NCBI GenBank assembly: GCA_965368975.1
Contig: CBDUPA010000008.1
Coordinates: 200,416 to 264,415, forward strand
DNA from: an uncultured bacterium
GTDB lineage: Bacteria; Acidobacteriota; Thermoanaerobaculia; Multivoradales; JAHZIX01
Direction: 5' to 3'
DNA length: 64,000 nt
The position numbers and the translations under genes are program-made. This document shows, one piece after another, positions 26,954 to 54,700 of the stretch; position 1 is the stretch's first letter; each line of letters opens with the position of its first letter. The notes beneath the pieces were generated by a model. That model did no database searches. It saw nothing but the letters and a program-made list of their open reading frames with translations, and was not told the origin of the DNA.

Positions 26954-29374
26954 ATGGAAATGTTCATGGACGCACCTTCGACTATCTCGCGCTATCGGCT
27001 CACCGGCGAGCTCGGCCGCGGCGGCATGGGGGTGGTGTATCGAGCGGAGGACCCCCAGCTCGGGCGCAACGTTGCCGTCAAGGTGATCCTGTTCCCGAAC
27101 CAGGCGAGCGCCGAGCAGCGCACGCAGCTGGAGCGGCGCTTCGAGCGAGAGGCGCGCGCGGCGGCGGGAATCCAACATCCGGGGGTGATCACGGTCTATG
27201 ACTTCGGCCGAGACGGTGACTACCTCTTCCTGGTGATGGAGCTGATCGACGGGCAGTCGCTCGACCAGGTTCTGCGTCAGGGGCGCCGGCCGGGCCGTGC
27301 GGCGGCGTTCGAGATTGTGGCCCGCGTGGCCGACGCGCTGGCGGTGGCGCATGCCGGTGGCGTGGTGCACCGCGATGTGACGCCGCGCAACATCCTGATC
27401 GCCAAGGACGGACGCGTGATCGTCACGGATTTCGGTGTTGCCCGCAGCTTCGGCGAAGAGACCGTAGATCTAACGCACACCGGCATGTTGGTGGGCAGCC
27501 CGCGATACATGGCGCCTGAGCTGGTGCGCAACCGTGACTTCGACGGTCGTGCCGACTTGTTCTCGCTTGGCGTCGTGCTTTACTTCCTGCTCACCGGTCA
27601 GCAAGCCTTCCGCGGCAGTGACATGACGTCCTTGCTCTACCAGATTGTGCACGAGGATCCGCTGGAAGACCTCGATCTACAGGGTAGCTTGAGCCGCGAG
27701 GTGGTGCACTTTCTTGCCAAGAGTCTGGCCAAGGCGCCGGAGGATCGCTTCCAGAGCGCCGAGGACTTCGCCGCCGAAGCCCGGTGCCTGAGTGCCGAGG
27801 CGGCGGACAAGCCGGAACTGGAGGAGACGGTCGACTTGCTCGGTTCTGTGCGCAGTGGCGCCGTAGCCGGCAACCCTGCTCGGAGTTCGGCACGGCAGCC
27901 GGCACCTACCGAGCCGCCCGGCTGGCGACGTCGCCCCATGGTGCTGCTTGCGGCCTTCCTGCTGCTGCTGCTGCTGTCTTTGGCAGGTACGTGGGTCTGG
28001 ACACAGTGGTCCAGCGGCGTTTGGGCGTCGAATCGGCCGACGCTGGAAGAGCGCGCGGCCGGGCAGAGTACGCCCGGGGAGCCGGCGAGCGGAGACGAGC
28101 TACCGCCATCACAAGGCGAGGAGGCTTCGGGGCCGGCACCCACGACCGACTCTTCCGCCCTAGCTGACCAGATGTCGGCTGCGGCGTTGGAGATTCCGGT
28201 GTCGTCACAGCCGAGACAAGCTTCGACGATCCCCGAGCCGACCCCCGTGCGACCGGCCATCTCGGCCCCGCCGCCCGAGCGCTCCCGGAACGAGCCGCAA
28301 CGCTCGCCACGCCCAGTAGAACAACCAGGCGAGCGGCCAGTAGAACCGCCAGAAGAGCAACCAGCCGAGCCGGCCGCCGACACCGCGCCCGACACCGTCG
28401 CTCCCGTTCTCGCCCTCGATCCACAGCCAGCGCAGTTCACCTCCTCGCGCATCGTGCTGAGTGGCAGGGTTCTAGACGACCGCGGGGCGGTCGAACTCCA
28501 CGTCGATGGCGCGCCGATCACGGTCGAGGAGGGCGGAGTGTTTCTGACACGGCGGTCGTTGCAGCCCGGGCGCAACGTCTTCACCTTCGTCGCTGTCGAC
28601 GACGCCGGCAACCAGACCATGCGCTCCCTCGAGGTGATGGCTCCCGCTGCTGGTGGCACTGCTGCTACCGCTGATCCTACCGCTGATGCTGGCATCGGCA
28701 ACGACCCCGGCCCACCAGGAGATCCGCCAACGCCACCGCCGCCGCGCCCGCCGTCTCGCTTCGCCGACCGTGGCGACGGCTCGCTGATCGACCGTCGTAC
28801 CGGCCTGGCATGGACCAAGCGTTTGCCCGGCGAGATGGACTGGCGCGCCGCCCGCGACTACTGCCGTGGCCTCGATCTGGGCCGCGCCGACGATTGGATG
28901 CTGCCGACGATCGAAGAGCTCGAGGAATACCATCGCGCTGGCACGCGGCCTATGCCGGCCCCGGGAAACCAGATGGCTGGTCCGGCACCCCTCAACTTCC
29001 CGGCACAGCCTGTGTGGAGTTCGTCCCGCCAGGGCTTCTCGGACGCCTGGATGTTCGATCTTGGCCCGGGCACGCGGCGCGAGGCATCGCGCAATGGCGA
29101 TCAGGCCAGCGCCTTCTGCGTCCGCCGTACGGAAGGCGGTGAGCCACGACCTCGCCGCGAGGAGATCTTTGATCCCTTCGGTCAACCTGATCCCAACGGT
29201 CAGCCCGGCCGCCCCGACCGCAGTCCGCCGGGCGGCCAGCAAGGAGGTCCTCAAGGTCCTCCGGGTGGTCAGCGAGGTGGTGGTGGGGAGCGTGGCGGCA
29301 AGCAGGGCGGTGGCCGAGGCCCTGGCGGCCCGGACCGTGGCGGTCCGCCGCCGAGTCATTTCGTGGTGCGCTGA
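26954..29374 (+). CDS. Hanks-type Ser/Thr kinase with TM helix, Pro-rich linker, Ig-like domain, Lcl/DUF1566 domain and Gly/Pro-rich tail
   Basis: LGRGGMGVVY, VAVK, HRDVTPRN, DFG, GSPRYMAPE; TM LLAAFLLLLLLSL; DRRTGLAW..MDWRAARDYC..L..DDWMLPTIEEL..FCVR. Start may be 26954, 26960 or 26966. Confidence 0.9.
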   Translation: MEMFMDAPSTISRYRLTGELGRGGMGVVYRAEDPQLGRNVAVKVILFPNQASAEQRTQLERRFEREARAAAGIQHPGVITVYDFGRDGDYLFLVMELIDGQSLDQVLRQGRRPGRAAAFEIVARVADALAVAHAGGVVHRDVTPRNILIAKDGRVIVTDFGVARSFGEETVDLTHTGMLVGSPRYMAPELVRNRDFDGRADLFSLGVVLYFLLTGQQAFRGSDMTSLLYQIVHEDPLEDLDLQGSLSREVVHFLAKSLAKAPEDRFQSAEDFAAEARCLSAEAADKPELEETVDLLGSVRSGAVAGNPARSSARQPAPTEPPGWRRRPMVLLAAFLLLLLLSLAGTWVWTQWSSGVWASNRPTLEERAAGQSTPGEPASGDELPPSQGEEASGPAPTTDSSALADQMSAAALEIPVSSQPRQASTIPEPTPVRPAISAPPPERSRNEPQRSPRPVEQPGERPVEPPEEQPAEPAADTAPDTVAPVLALDPQPAQFTSSRIVLSGRVLDDRGAVELHVDGAPITVEEGGVFLTRRSLQPGRNVFTFVAVDDAGNQTMRSLEVMAPAAGGTAATADPTADAGIGNDPGPPGDPPTPPPPRPPSRFADRGDGSLIDRRTGLAWTKRLPGEMDWRAARDYCRGLDLGRADDWMLPTIEELEEYHRAGTRPMPAPGNQMAGPAPLNFPAQPVWSSSRQGFSDAWMFDLGPGTRREASRNGDQASAFCVRRTEGGEPRPRREEIFDPFGQPDPNGQPGRPDRSPPGGQQGGPQGPPGGQRGGGGERGGKQGGGRGPGGPDRGGPPPSHFVVR

Positions 29375-29404
29375 GCCAGCAAGCTCTGGTACCAGCCAGG
29401 TGCC

Positions 29405-45700
<16,296 letters not shown>

Positions 45701-45708
45701 GGTCTGCC

Positions 45709-48700
45709 TTACGTATCCGGGCGGTGGAGCAGCCGTTCGTCCACCTCGTCATCGGAGAGTTGCTCGATTTCCGTCAACAGCTGGTGTAGATCCTCGCCGC
45801 TGCCCGCCGCAGGGGCACCGTCCAGGCGAGATTCCAGGTCGGCCCGCAGCTTCTCGACACGGTAGGCCAGGGCTTCGAGGGTCGGGGCTTCGAAGAGGGT
45901 GCGCAGTGGTAACTCGACACCGATCCGATCGAGGACCGCTGCCTGCAGACGGCCAGCCAGCAGCGAGTGGCCGCCGAGGTCGAAGAAGTCGTCGTGGACA
46001 TGGATCGAGGAGCTGTCGCCGGGCAGGTCGAGCAGTTGCTGCCAGATGGCGGCAAGACTCTGTTCGAGCGGCGTCCGCGGTGCCTGGAAGCTGCTCCTGT
46101 TGGTTCCGCCATCTGAACTGTCCGCCGATGCATCTGCCAAGCTGCGTGCCAGCTGACGTTGTAGCTCGACGCGGTCGACCACGCCGCGGGACGTCGGCAG
46201 TTTGTCGATCTGCAGCACGCGCAGGCCCGCCAACCCAACCATCGGCGGCTTGGCCAACGGCAGAGCTTCGCCGATCCAGCGCAGCAGCACGTCGACATCG
46301 AGCCGGACCTGCATACCAACGAAGGGTGGCGGACTGGCGACGGCGCACGCGGTCCATTGCAGCTCCCCATCTGCATCCCGGCACGCTACCACGGCAGCGG
46401 CCTGTACCGCCGGATGATCTTGCAGTCGTCGCTCGACGGCCAGCGGTTCCAGCCAACCTCCGTCCGTGGTCCCGATGGCCCGCAGCGGCAGGCGTCGCAC
46501 GTCCGTCTCGGGGGCCTCGCAGACCGCGCGCAGCAAGGCCTCGAAGCCCTGTAGCAGACTGCGGATGCGGGCCTCCTGGAAGAGCGCGCGGCGGTAGTGC
46601 AACTCGATGTCGATGCTGGGTGCCCGCTTTCCTTCGATGCTGGGAGTCTGGTCGCCTTCGCTGATCGACTCCGTGCATTCGCGGACGTAGAAGTTGAGGT
46701 CGAACTTGGCCGCGGCTTCTCCGAAGTCGAGCAATTCGATCGTCAGGTTTGGGAGCTGCAGCGGCGCCGAAGGTAGGTTGAGCAGGTTGAACGAGACCTG
46801 GTAGAGCGGCGTGTGGTTGAGCGACGGTTCCGGCTTCAGCGCCTGGATCACTTGCTCGAATGGCACATCCTGGCGCCCGTAGGCGGCCAGCACGGTACGT
46901 CGGGTGCGCTGCAAGAACTCCGTGAAACGGAGCGACGCGTCCGCGTTGGTGGGACGCAGATCGCCGTGCAGCACCAAGGGGTTGATGAAGAAGCCGATCA
47001 GCTCTTCGGTTTCGCGCCGCGTGCGGCCGGCGATCGGCGAACCGAGCAGCACCCGGTCCTGACCGCTGAGGCGCCCGAGCAGTAGCTGCAAAGTGGCCAC
47101 CAGGGTCATGAAGAGCGTGCAGCCGTGATCGCGGCTGAGGGTGCGCAGCCGTGCGCTCAGCTCGCCGTCGAGTTGCCAGTGCACACGACCCGCACGCGTG
47201 TCGTTGGTGACCTCGCCGCGCGGTCGGTCGGTGGGCAGTGCCAGCAAGGTCGGTGCTCCGTCGAGTTCCTGCACCCAGGCGTCGATCCGGGGCGCCAGGG
47301 CTTCAGCGTCGAAGACCTGCTGCTGCCAAGCGGCATAGTCGGCGTATTGAAGACGTGGGGGTTCGGAGCCTGGATGCACTCCCTGCTGCGCCTTGTACCC
47401 CTCTGTCATCTCCCGGAAGAAGAGCCCCAGGGACCAGCCATCGAAGGCGATGTGGTGGACGTTGATCAGCAGGGCGTGCCGGTCGTCGCTACCGCGCTGA
47501 GGGCTCAGACGCACCAACGAACCGCGCAGCACCGGCGTCTCGCCGGGGCCGCAAGCTGCGTCAGCGGCGAGCGGGAAGGGGCGCAGGAATTCGACCTGCG
47601 TCAGGCGTTGCAATTCGGCTCCCCGCGCGGCCAGCGGCAGGGCGCTGAGGTCGATCACTGGCAAACTCCAGCGCTCGGGGCTCGCGGAGAGCGCCAGCAC
47701 GACCTGTTCGGCGATGTCGGGCCGACCGCGATAGCCGCTGCGCAGGACCTCGTGGCGTTGCAGAATGCGTGCGATGGCCGTTGTCAGCGTACGCACCTCC
47801 ATTGTTCCTCGCAGTTCGGCGAAAGCTGGCAGGTGGTAGGCGGGCCCGGCGGCACCCATCTGTTCGAGGAACCACAAGCGCTGCTGACCGAAGGAAAGCG
47901 GAGCGCCTTCCCCTGGTTCGTACCCCGTCCGGGGACGAGGCACCAGCGGTAGTTCGGCGGCCCTGGTTCCGTGATCTGCATCGAGCGCTTGGCGCACCTC
48001 GACGGCCAGCGCCGCCGGCGTCGGGTTCTCGAACAGGGTGCGCAGCGGCAGATCGACGCCGAACAGCTGCCGCAGACGCGACATGACCTGCGTTGCCAGT
48101 AGCGAGTGACCGCCGAGCTCGAAGAAGTCGGTGTCCGGGTCTTGTTCCCTTACCGGTCCCAAGAGTTCCCGCCAGATGTCGAGCAGAACCTCTTCGAAGG
48201 CGTCGCGCGGCGCGTGGGGTCCGGATGTCGGTGCGGGCTCGGCCGAATGCGCGCCGGTGTTGGCTTCGGCGTCCGGCTCGGGTAGGGCTCGATGGTCGAG
48301 TTTGCCATGGGCGGTCAGCGGCAGCGCGTCGAGCAGGATGACGACGGCCGGCACCAGGTAGTCGGGCAGGCGTCCGCGCAGCCAGATCCGCAGTTCGGCG
48401 GGCTCCAGGCTGTCCTGCACGGGCACCACGTAGGCGAGCAAGCGCAAGTCGCCGCTGGCGCCCGGACGTGCGAGGACGGCGGCGCGCTCGACACTCGCAT
48501 GCTCCCCGAGCACCGCGGCCACCTCGCCCGGCTCGACGCGGAAGCCACGAATCTTGACCTGCTGGTCGCGCCGGCCGAGAAATTCGAGCGTGCCGTCCGC
48601 ACGGCGGCGTGCCAGGTCACCGGTGCGGTAGAGCCGGCTTCCCGTCCCGTTCGCGGACGGTTTGTCGTCGATCGCCGTCGAATAGGGATCAGGAACGAAC

Positions 48701-51700
48701 TTCTCAGCGGTCAGGGCCGGCCGACCGAGGTAGCCGCGTGCCAGGCCGTCGCCGCCGGTGCATAGCTCGCCGGGAGCCCCGAGGAGGGCCAGCTGCAGTC
48801 GGCAGTCGAGCAAGTGGACGCGTGTACCGAGCAGCGGCCGTCCCAGCGGGATGCCCCGCGAAGTCGAAGCGAGGGTCAGTTCGGCCCAGGTGGTGAAGGT
48901 CGTGTTCTCAGTCGGCCCGTAGCCATTGCCCAGATACCCGGGAGGTGCGGGGCTCTCCAGAACCCGTCGGACGGCGTTGAGCGGCGGCGCTTCGCCACCC
49001 ACGTGCAGGTGATCGAGGGGAGCGAAGGCGTCCGGTTGGACGGCGACGATGCGCTGGAAGACGGTGGCGGCCAGGAACATGCCCGTGACGCGTTGCCGGC
49101 GCAGGTGGCGCGCCAGGCGCGAGGGCGACAGCAGGGTGTCGCGCGTCACGCCGACCACCGTGCCGCCGTGCAGCAGGGCCCCCCAGAGCTCGTAGGTCGC
49201 CGCGTCGAAGGACGGTGTGGCGGCCTGTGCCAGGCGGTCGCCGGGTCCGAACTTCTGAAAGTTGGGCGCGCCGGTGTCGTGACCGAGGCCGGTGTCGTGA
49301 CCGAGGACGAGGCGCAGCACCGCGCGCTGAGGTACCGCGACCCCCTTGGGGCGGCCGGTGGAACCAGAGGTGTAGAGCACGTAGGCGAGGGAACCCGGGT
49401 CGACCACAGTGGGGGGCGAAGGGTGGGGCGAAGCGTGCAACCACGCGTCGATGCTGTCGATGACGAGACGGGCACCGCTGTCAGCGCGCAGCCAGGAGCG
49501 GCGCGCCTCCGGCAGTTCGGGGTCGATCGGCACGTAGGCACCACCGGCCCACAGCACGCCGAGCATGGCGACCAGCAGGTCGATGCCGGTCGCCAGCTCC
49601 AGCCCGACCAGCTCGTCGGGGCGCAGCTGTTGCCGGCGCAGGGCACTGCTGGCCCTGGCGGCACGGCGCGCCAGCTCATCGTAGCTCAGATGCTGGCGAC
49701 CGTAGACCGCGGCAACGCCATCGGGGCGCTGGGTGGCGACATCGGCGAAGCGGGTGGCAAGACCTTGCCGTGGCACGGCGATGGCGGTGTCGTTGGTGGC
49801 GAGCAGCAGCTGGTGCCGTTCGGCGTCGTCGAGCAACGGCAGCGTGTCGACGGGCACGTCCGGGGCGGCTGCGGCGGCGTCGAGCAGACGGCCGAGGTGG
49901 CGACACAGGCGCAGGATCGTCGTGCGGTCGTAGAGGTCTGGGTCGTAGGAAGCGGCGCCCATCAATGTGGCCTCGCTCGTCTCGGTGGCCGCTGCTGGCC
50001 GCAGGTGCACTTCGAGGTCGAAGTGCGTGCTGTGCAACTCGACCGGGAAGCCCGCCAGTTCCAGGTCACCGAGCCTGCCGCCCGGCTCCGGTGCGTTCTG
50101 CAGGGCGAAGCTGATCTGGAACAGTGGGTTGCGCGACAGGTCGCGTTCCGGCGCCAGCGCCTCGACCAGGCGCTCGAAGGGCAGGTCCTGGTGCGCGAAG
50201 GCACCCAGAACGCCGGTGCGCAGCCGCGCCAGCAACTGGCGGAAGGTCAGCGTCTCGCCATGGTCGTTGACCAGGCGGCAGCGCAAAGCCAGGGTGTTGA
50301 TGAAGACACCGATCAGGTCCTCGACCTCGGTGCGCTGACGGCCGGCGACGGGCGAGCCGAGGATCATGTCGCGCTGGCCGCTGGCACGTCCGAGCAGCGT
50401 CGCGAAGCCAGCCAGCAGGACCATGAACAGCGTCGTGCCGCTGCCCGAGACCTCGCGCGCCGTCAGGTGTTCGATGCGTGGCAGCAGGCCGGGCGGTAGC
50501 GCGAAGGCCAGCTGGGCACCCCGGAAGCGCGCCACCGCCGGCCGTGGCCGGTCGGTCGGCAGGTCGAGTTGTGGTGGCCGGCCATCGTCGCCGACCAGCT
50601 GACCACGCCACCAGTCGAGCTGGTCTTCGAGCAGGCCGCCTTGCAGCCAGGAACGCTGCCAGGCGGCGTAGTCGGAGTAGTGGATGGGGAGAGGCGGCAG
50701 AGAGACCGGAGCCGCCCCCTGTGGCGTAGCCGTATCCGGTTCCGGGCTCAGGGCCCGGAACCACGCCCGATACAGCGCATCCAGGTCCCGCCCCAAGATC
50801 CCCAACGACCAGCCGTCCGACGTGATGTGGTGCAGGCTCAACAGCAACACGTGACGCTCGGCGCCCAACCGCAGCAGCGAGGTGCGTAGCTGCGTCTCGG
50901 TGTCGAGACGGAACGGTCGTCCGGCCTCGGCTGAACCCAGGCGCCGTGCTTCTGCCTCGGCAAATTCGCCCAGCTGGCCGAGGTCGACCACCGGCAGTGG
51001 CCGCCAAGCCGGTGACCGCTGGACGCGCTGTGCCGGTTCGCCATCGCATACCTCGCCGTCGAGCACCTCGCCGTCGAGCACTTCGCTGTTGAGCACCATG
51101 CCGTCGTGCACCACGAAGACCGTGCGCAGCGTCTCGTGACGGGCGACCAAGGCAGTGAAGGCTCGCGCCAAGGCCGTATGCTGTAGCGGACCGCGCAACT
51201 CCCAGGCCACCGGCACGACGTAGAACGGGTTGTCCGGCACCAAGCGCTCCAGGAACCACAGCCGGCGCTGGGTAAAGGAAGTCGGTGCCGAGGAGTGCAG
51301 CAGGGTGCCATCTTCGCTTCGGGGCAGGGGCTCAAGCGGTGGCAAGCGGGGCGTGTCGTGCCCGGCGCCCGCGCGCAGACGCGGTGCCAGCAGCGCGATG
51401 GTGGGTGCCTCGAACAGCACTTGCACGGGGAGGTCGATGTCGAACGCCTTCTGGATGCGTGCCGCCAGGCGGGTGGCGAGCAGGGAGTGGCCGCCCAGTT
51501 CGAAGAAATCCGCGTCGACGCTGATCTGCGGCAGCTGTAGCGCCTCAGCCCACAGCTGGGCCAGCCGTTCTTCGGTCTCGTTACGCGGTGCCTGGTACTG
51601 GTTGGGACCGGACCGGGGCGCTGCCTCGGCGGAGTTTTCGGCCAGCAGAGCCAGTGCCTTGCGGTCTACTTTGCCGCCGGCCGTGCGCGGCAGCTGCTCG

Positions 51701-54700
51701 ACGCATACGTAGCGCGACGGCAGCATGTAGGCAGGCAGGTCGTCGGCCAGGAAATCGCGTAGCTCGCTGTCCTCCGGTCGGCTGTTTTCTGGTCGGCTGT
51801 TTTCTGGTCGGATGTTCTCCGGTCGGCTGTTCTCTGGTCGGATGGGGTTGGATGCCGGTGTGCCGCCCGTGGCGATCACCAGGTAGGCGCTCAGGCGTGC
51901 CGCGTCTGCCGCTCCTTCCAGCAGCAGAGCGCACGCGGTGACGCGCGGATGGCGGGCGAGCCGGGCTTCGATCTCGCCCAGCTCGATGCGGAAGCCGCGC
52001 AGCTTGACCTGCTGGTCGACGCGGCCGAGGAAGTGCAGTTCGCCCGTGGCGTCGCGGCGCACCAGATCGCCGGTGCGGTAGAGGCGGTGACCACCGGGGA
52101 CCCGCACCCCCGAAGGGGACAAGAGCTTGGAGAAGGAGTCGGGGACGAACTTCTCGGCGGTCAACGCCGGTCGATCCAGGTAGCCGCGTGCCAAGTGGCT
52201 GCCGCCGATGCGCAGCTCGCCGTGGACACCGGCCGATAGCAGCCCGCCGCGCGGGTCCGTGACGAACGCGGGCACGCCGACAATCGAGTGTCCCAGCGGC
52301 GCGATGCCGCCGCGCTGCAGGTCGGCCGGGTGCAGGCGACGTTGGGTGCCGTACACCGTCACCTCGGTGGGGCCGTAGAGGTTGTGCAGGGCGACGGAAG
52401 GGTGGCGCTCGGCCCAGCCGCGCAGGCGCTCGAGCGGCAGCGCCTCGCCGCCGAAGAGCACGGTGTGCAGGGCGCCTAGCTGGGGACCTCCCGCGTCGAC
52501 GGCGTCGAGTTGCGGGAAAGCGGTGGGTGTCTGGTGCAGCACGGCGACGGCCTCGCGCGCCAGCCACTGGTGCAGCGTTTGTGGCGCGCGCGTGACCCTT
52601 CCAGGCACTAGCAGGCCGCGACCCCCTCGGCTGAGCGTGGCCCACAGCTCCCAGACGGAGAAGTCGAAGGCGTAGGAGTGGAGTAGCGCCCAGGTATCGC
52701 CTGGACGTGTCGCCAACCACGGCCTCGACGCACGCAGCATGCGCACGGCGTGCGCGTGCTGCAGCAACACACCCTTCGGCGTGCCGGTGGAGCCGGAGGT
52801 GTAGATCAGGTAGGCGAGATTCTCCGGCGCTGAGGCTTCCAGGGCGTCGGGGGCTTCCGGGGCGTCGGGGGCGTCCGAGGCGTCCGAGGTGTCCCCTTCC
52901 GCCAGGGCTCCGGGCAGCGCCATGTGGAGCACCTCGATACCGGCCGGGCCCGTGAAATCCGCTGCTGTGAAGTCCGCACCGTCGGCGCCAGTGAGCAGCA
53001 GGCGGGCGCGGGAATCCTCCAGCAGCTGGCGCCGACGACCGGCTGGCTGCGCCGGATCGAGCACCAGGTAGGCGCCGCCGGCTTGCAGGATCGCCAGTAG
53101 CGACACGGGCAGTTCGAGCCTGCGCGGCAGCTGCACGGCCACGACGTCGTCGGGACGCACGCCACGGGATCGCAGCGTTTGGGCCAGGCCGGTGGCGCGC
53201 CGCTGTAGCTCTCCGTAGCTCAGCTGGTACGGCGGCGCGCACAGCGCGATGGCGTCGGGCGTCGCGGCGAGCCAGGGGTCGAGGACGCGGTGGAGCAGGT
53301 CGGCAGGGCTCTTCTGGGTAGGGGCCCCCCACTGTGGGCGCCCTCCGATGTCCGTTTCAGCCCCGACGCGGTCCGGCCATTCGATCAATAACTGCTGGCG
53401 TTGCCCCGGGCCGAGCAGCTGTAACTCACCCACCGGCGTCGACGGATCCGCCAGCACGCTCTCGAGCAGGTGTACCAGGTGATGGTGCCAGCGGCCGATG
53501 GTGGTGAGATCGAACAGATCGCTGTTGAACTCCAGGAAGGCGAAACCGCGGTTGCGGGTCTCGTCGAAGCCGGTGTAGAGGATCAAGTCGACCTGCGAGG
53601 TGAAGTCTTGCACGTCGCCCTGGTCGACTGGCAGGTCGCCGAGTTTCATGTCGGGCATCGGGATGTTCTGGAAATTGAACATGGTCTGGAACACCGGCGG
53701 GTAGGCGGGGTCGCGGTGTCCCTGGATGCCCTGCACCAGCATGTGGAAGGGCAGGTCGCGGTGGTCGAAGCCCTCCAGCACACGGTCGTGCATCTGAGAT
53801 AAGAACTCGTGGAAGGGCATGGCCGGATCGACGCTGGCGCGCAGCACCAGCGTGTTGACGAAGAAGCCGACCAGGGCCTCGGTGCCGGCCTGGTGCCGGC
53901 CCGCCATCGGGCAGCCGGTGAGGATCTCGCGCTGACCGCTGAGGCGCTGCATCAGCAGGCTCCACAGCGCCAGCATGTAGACGAAGGCGGTGGTCCCGGC
54001 GCCGCCGTGGGCGCTGACCATGTGTTCCCACAGGCCGTCGGGGAAGACCTCGAACCAGCGGTAGCCGTCGAAGGTCTGGCGCGCTGGCCGTGGTCGGTCC
54101 GTGGGCAACTCGAGCACGAGCGAGGCACCCTCGAGGTGCTGCTTCCAGTAGGCCAGGTCAGCGTCCAGCACACCGGCCTCCTTCTGTTCTTGCTGCCAGC
54201 GCGAGAAGTCGCGGTAGTGGTAGCGCGGCGTCGGTAGAGTCTCGGGCGGCGCACCGCCGTAGACCGCGTGCAAGTCCTGGAACAGCACCGCCATTGACCA
54301 ACCGTCGGAGACGATGTGGTGCATCAACAACACCATGACGTGGTCTTCGTCGTCGATCCGCAGCACGATCGGTCGCCACAGCGGGCCGCGCTGCAGATCG
54401 TAGGCGGCGCGACCACCGGTGACGGAGACATCTTCCCAGGCTCGTTCGCGGTCGTCCTGGCTCAGACGCCGCAGGTCGACCAGCGGCATCGGTGTACGCT
54501 GTCGCGGTGGCTGGATGACCTGCAGGCCTTCGCCGTCGACATTGCGGAAGGTGGTGCGCAAGCACTCGTGACGCGTCTCGGCGACGCTCAAGGCGTGCTG
54601 CAGATCGGCGGTGCGCAGCCGGCCTTCCAGGCGGTAGGCCAGGATTGGTAGGTTGAATGCCGGATTGCCGGGGGCGATCTGGTCGAGCACCCAGATGCGC

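Noticed and set aside
28760-29130. DUF1566/CLec domain as a diversity-generating retroelement target
   Set aside because: No reverse transcriptase, template repeat or AAY-rich second copy is visible in the window.
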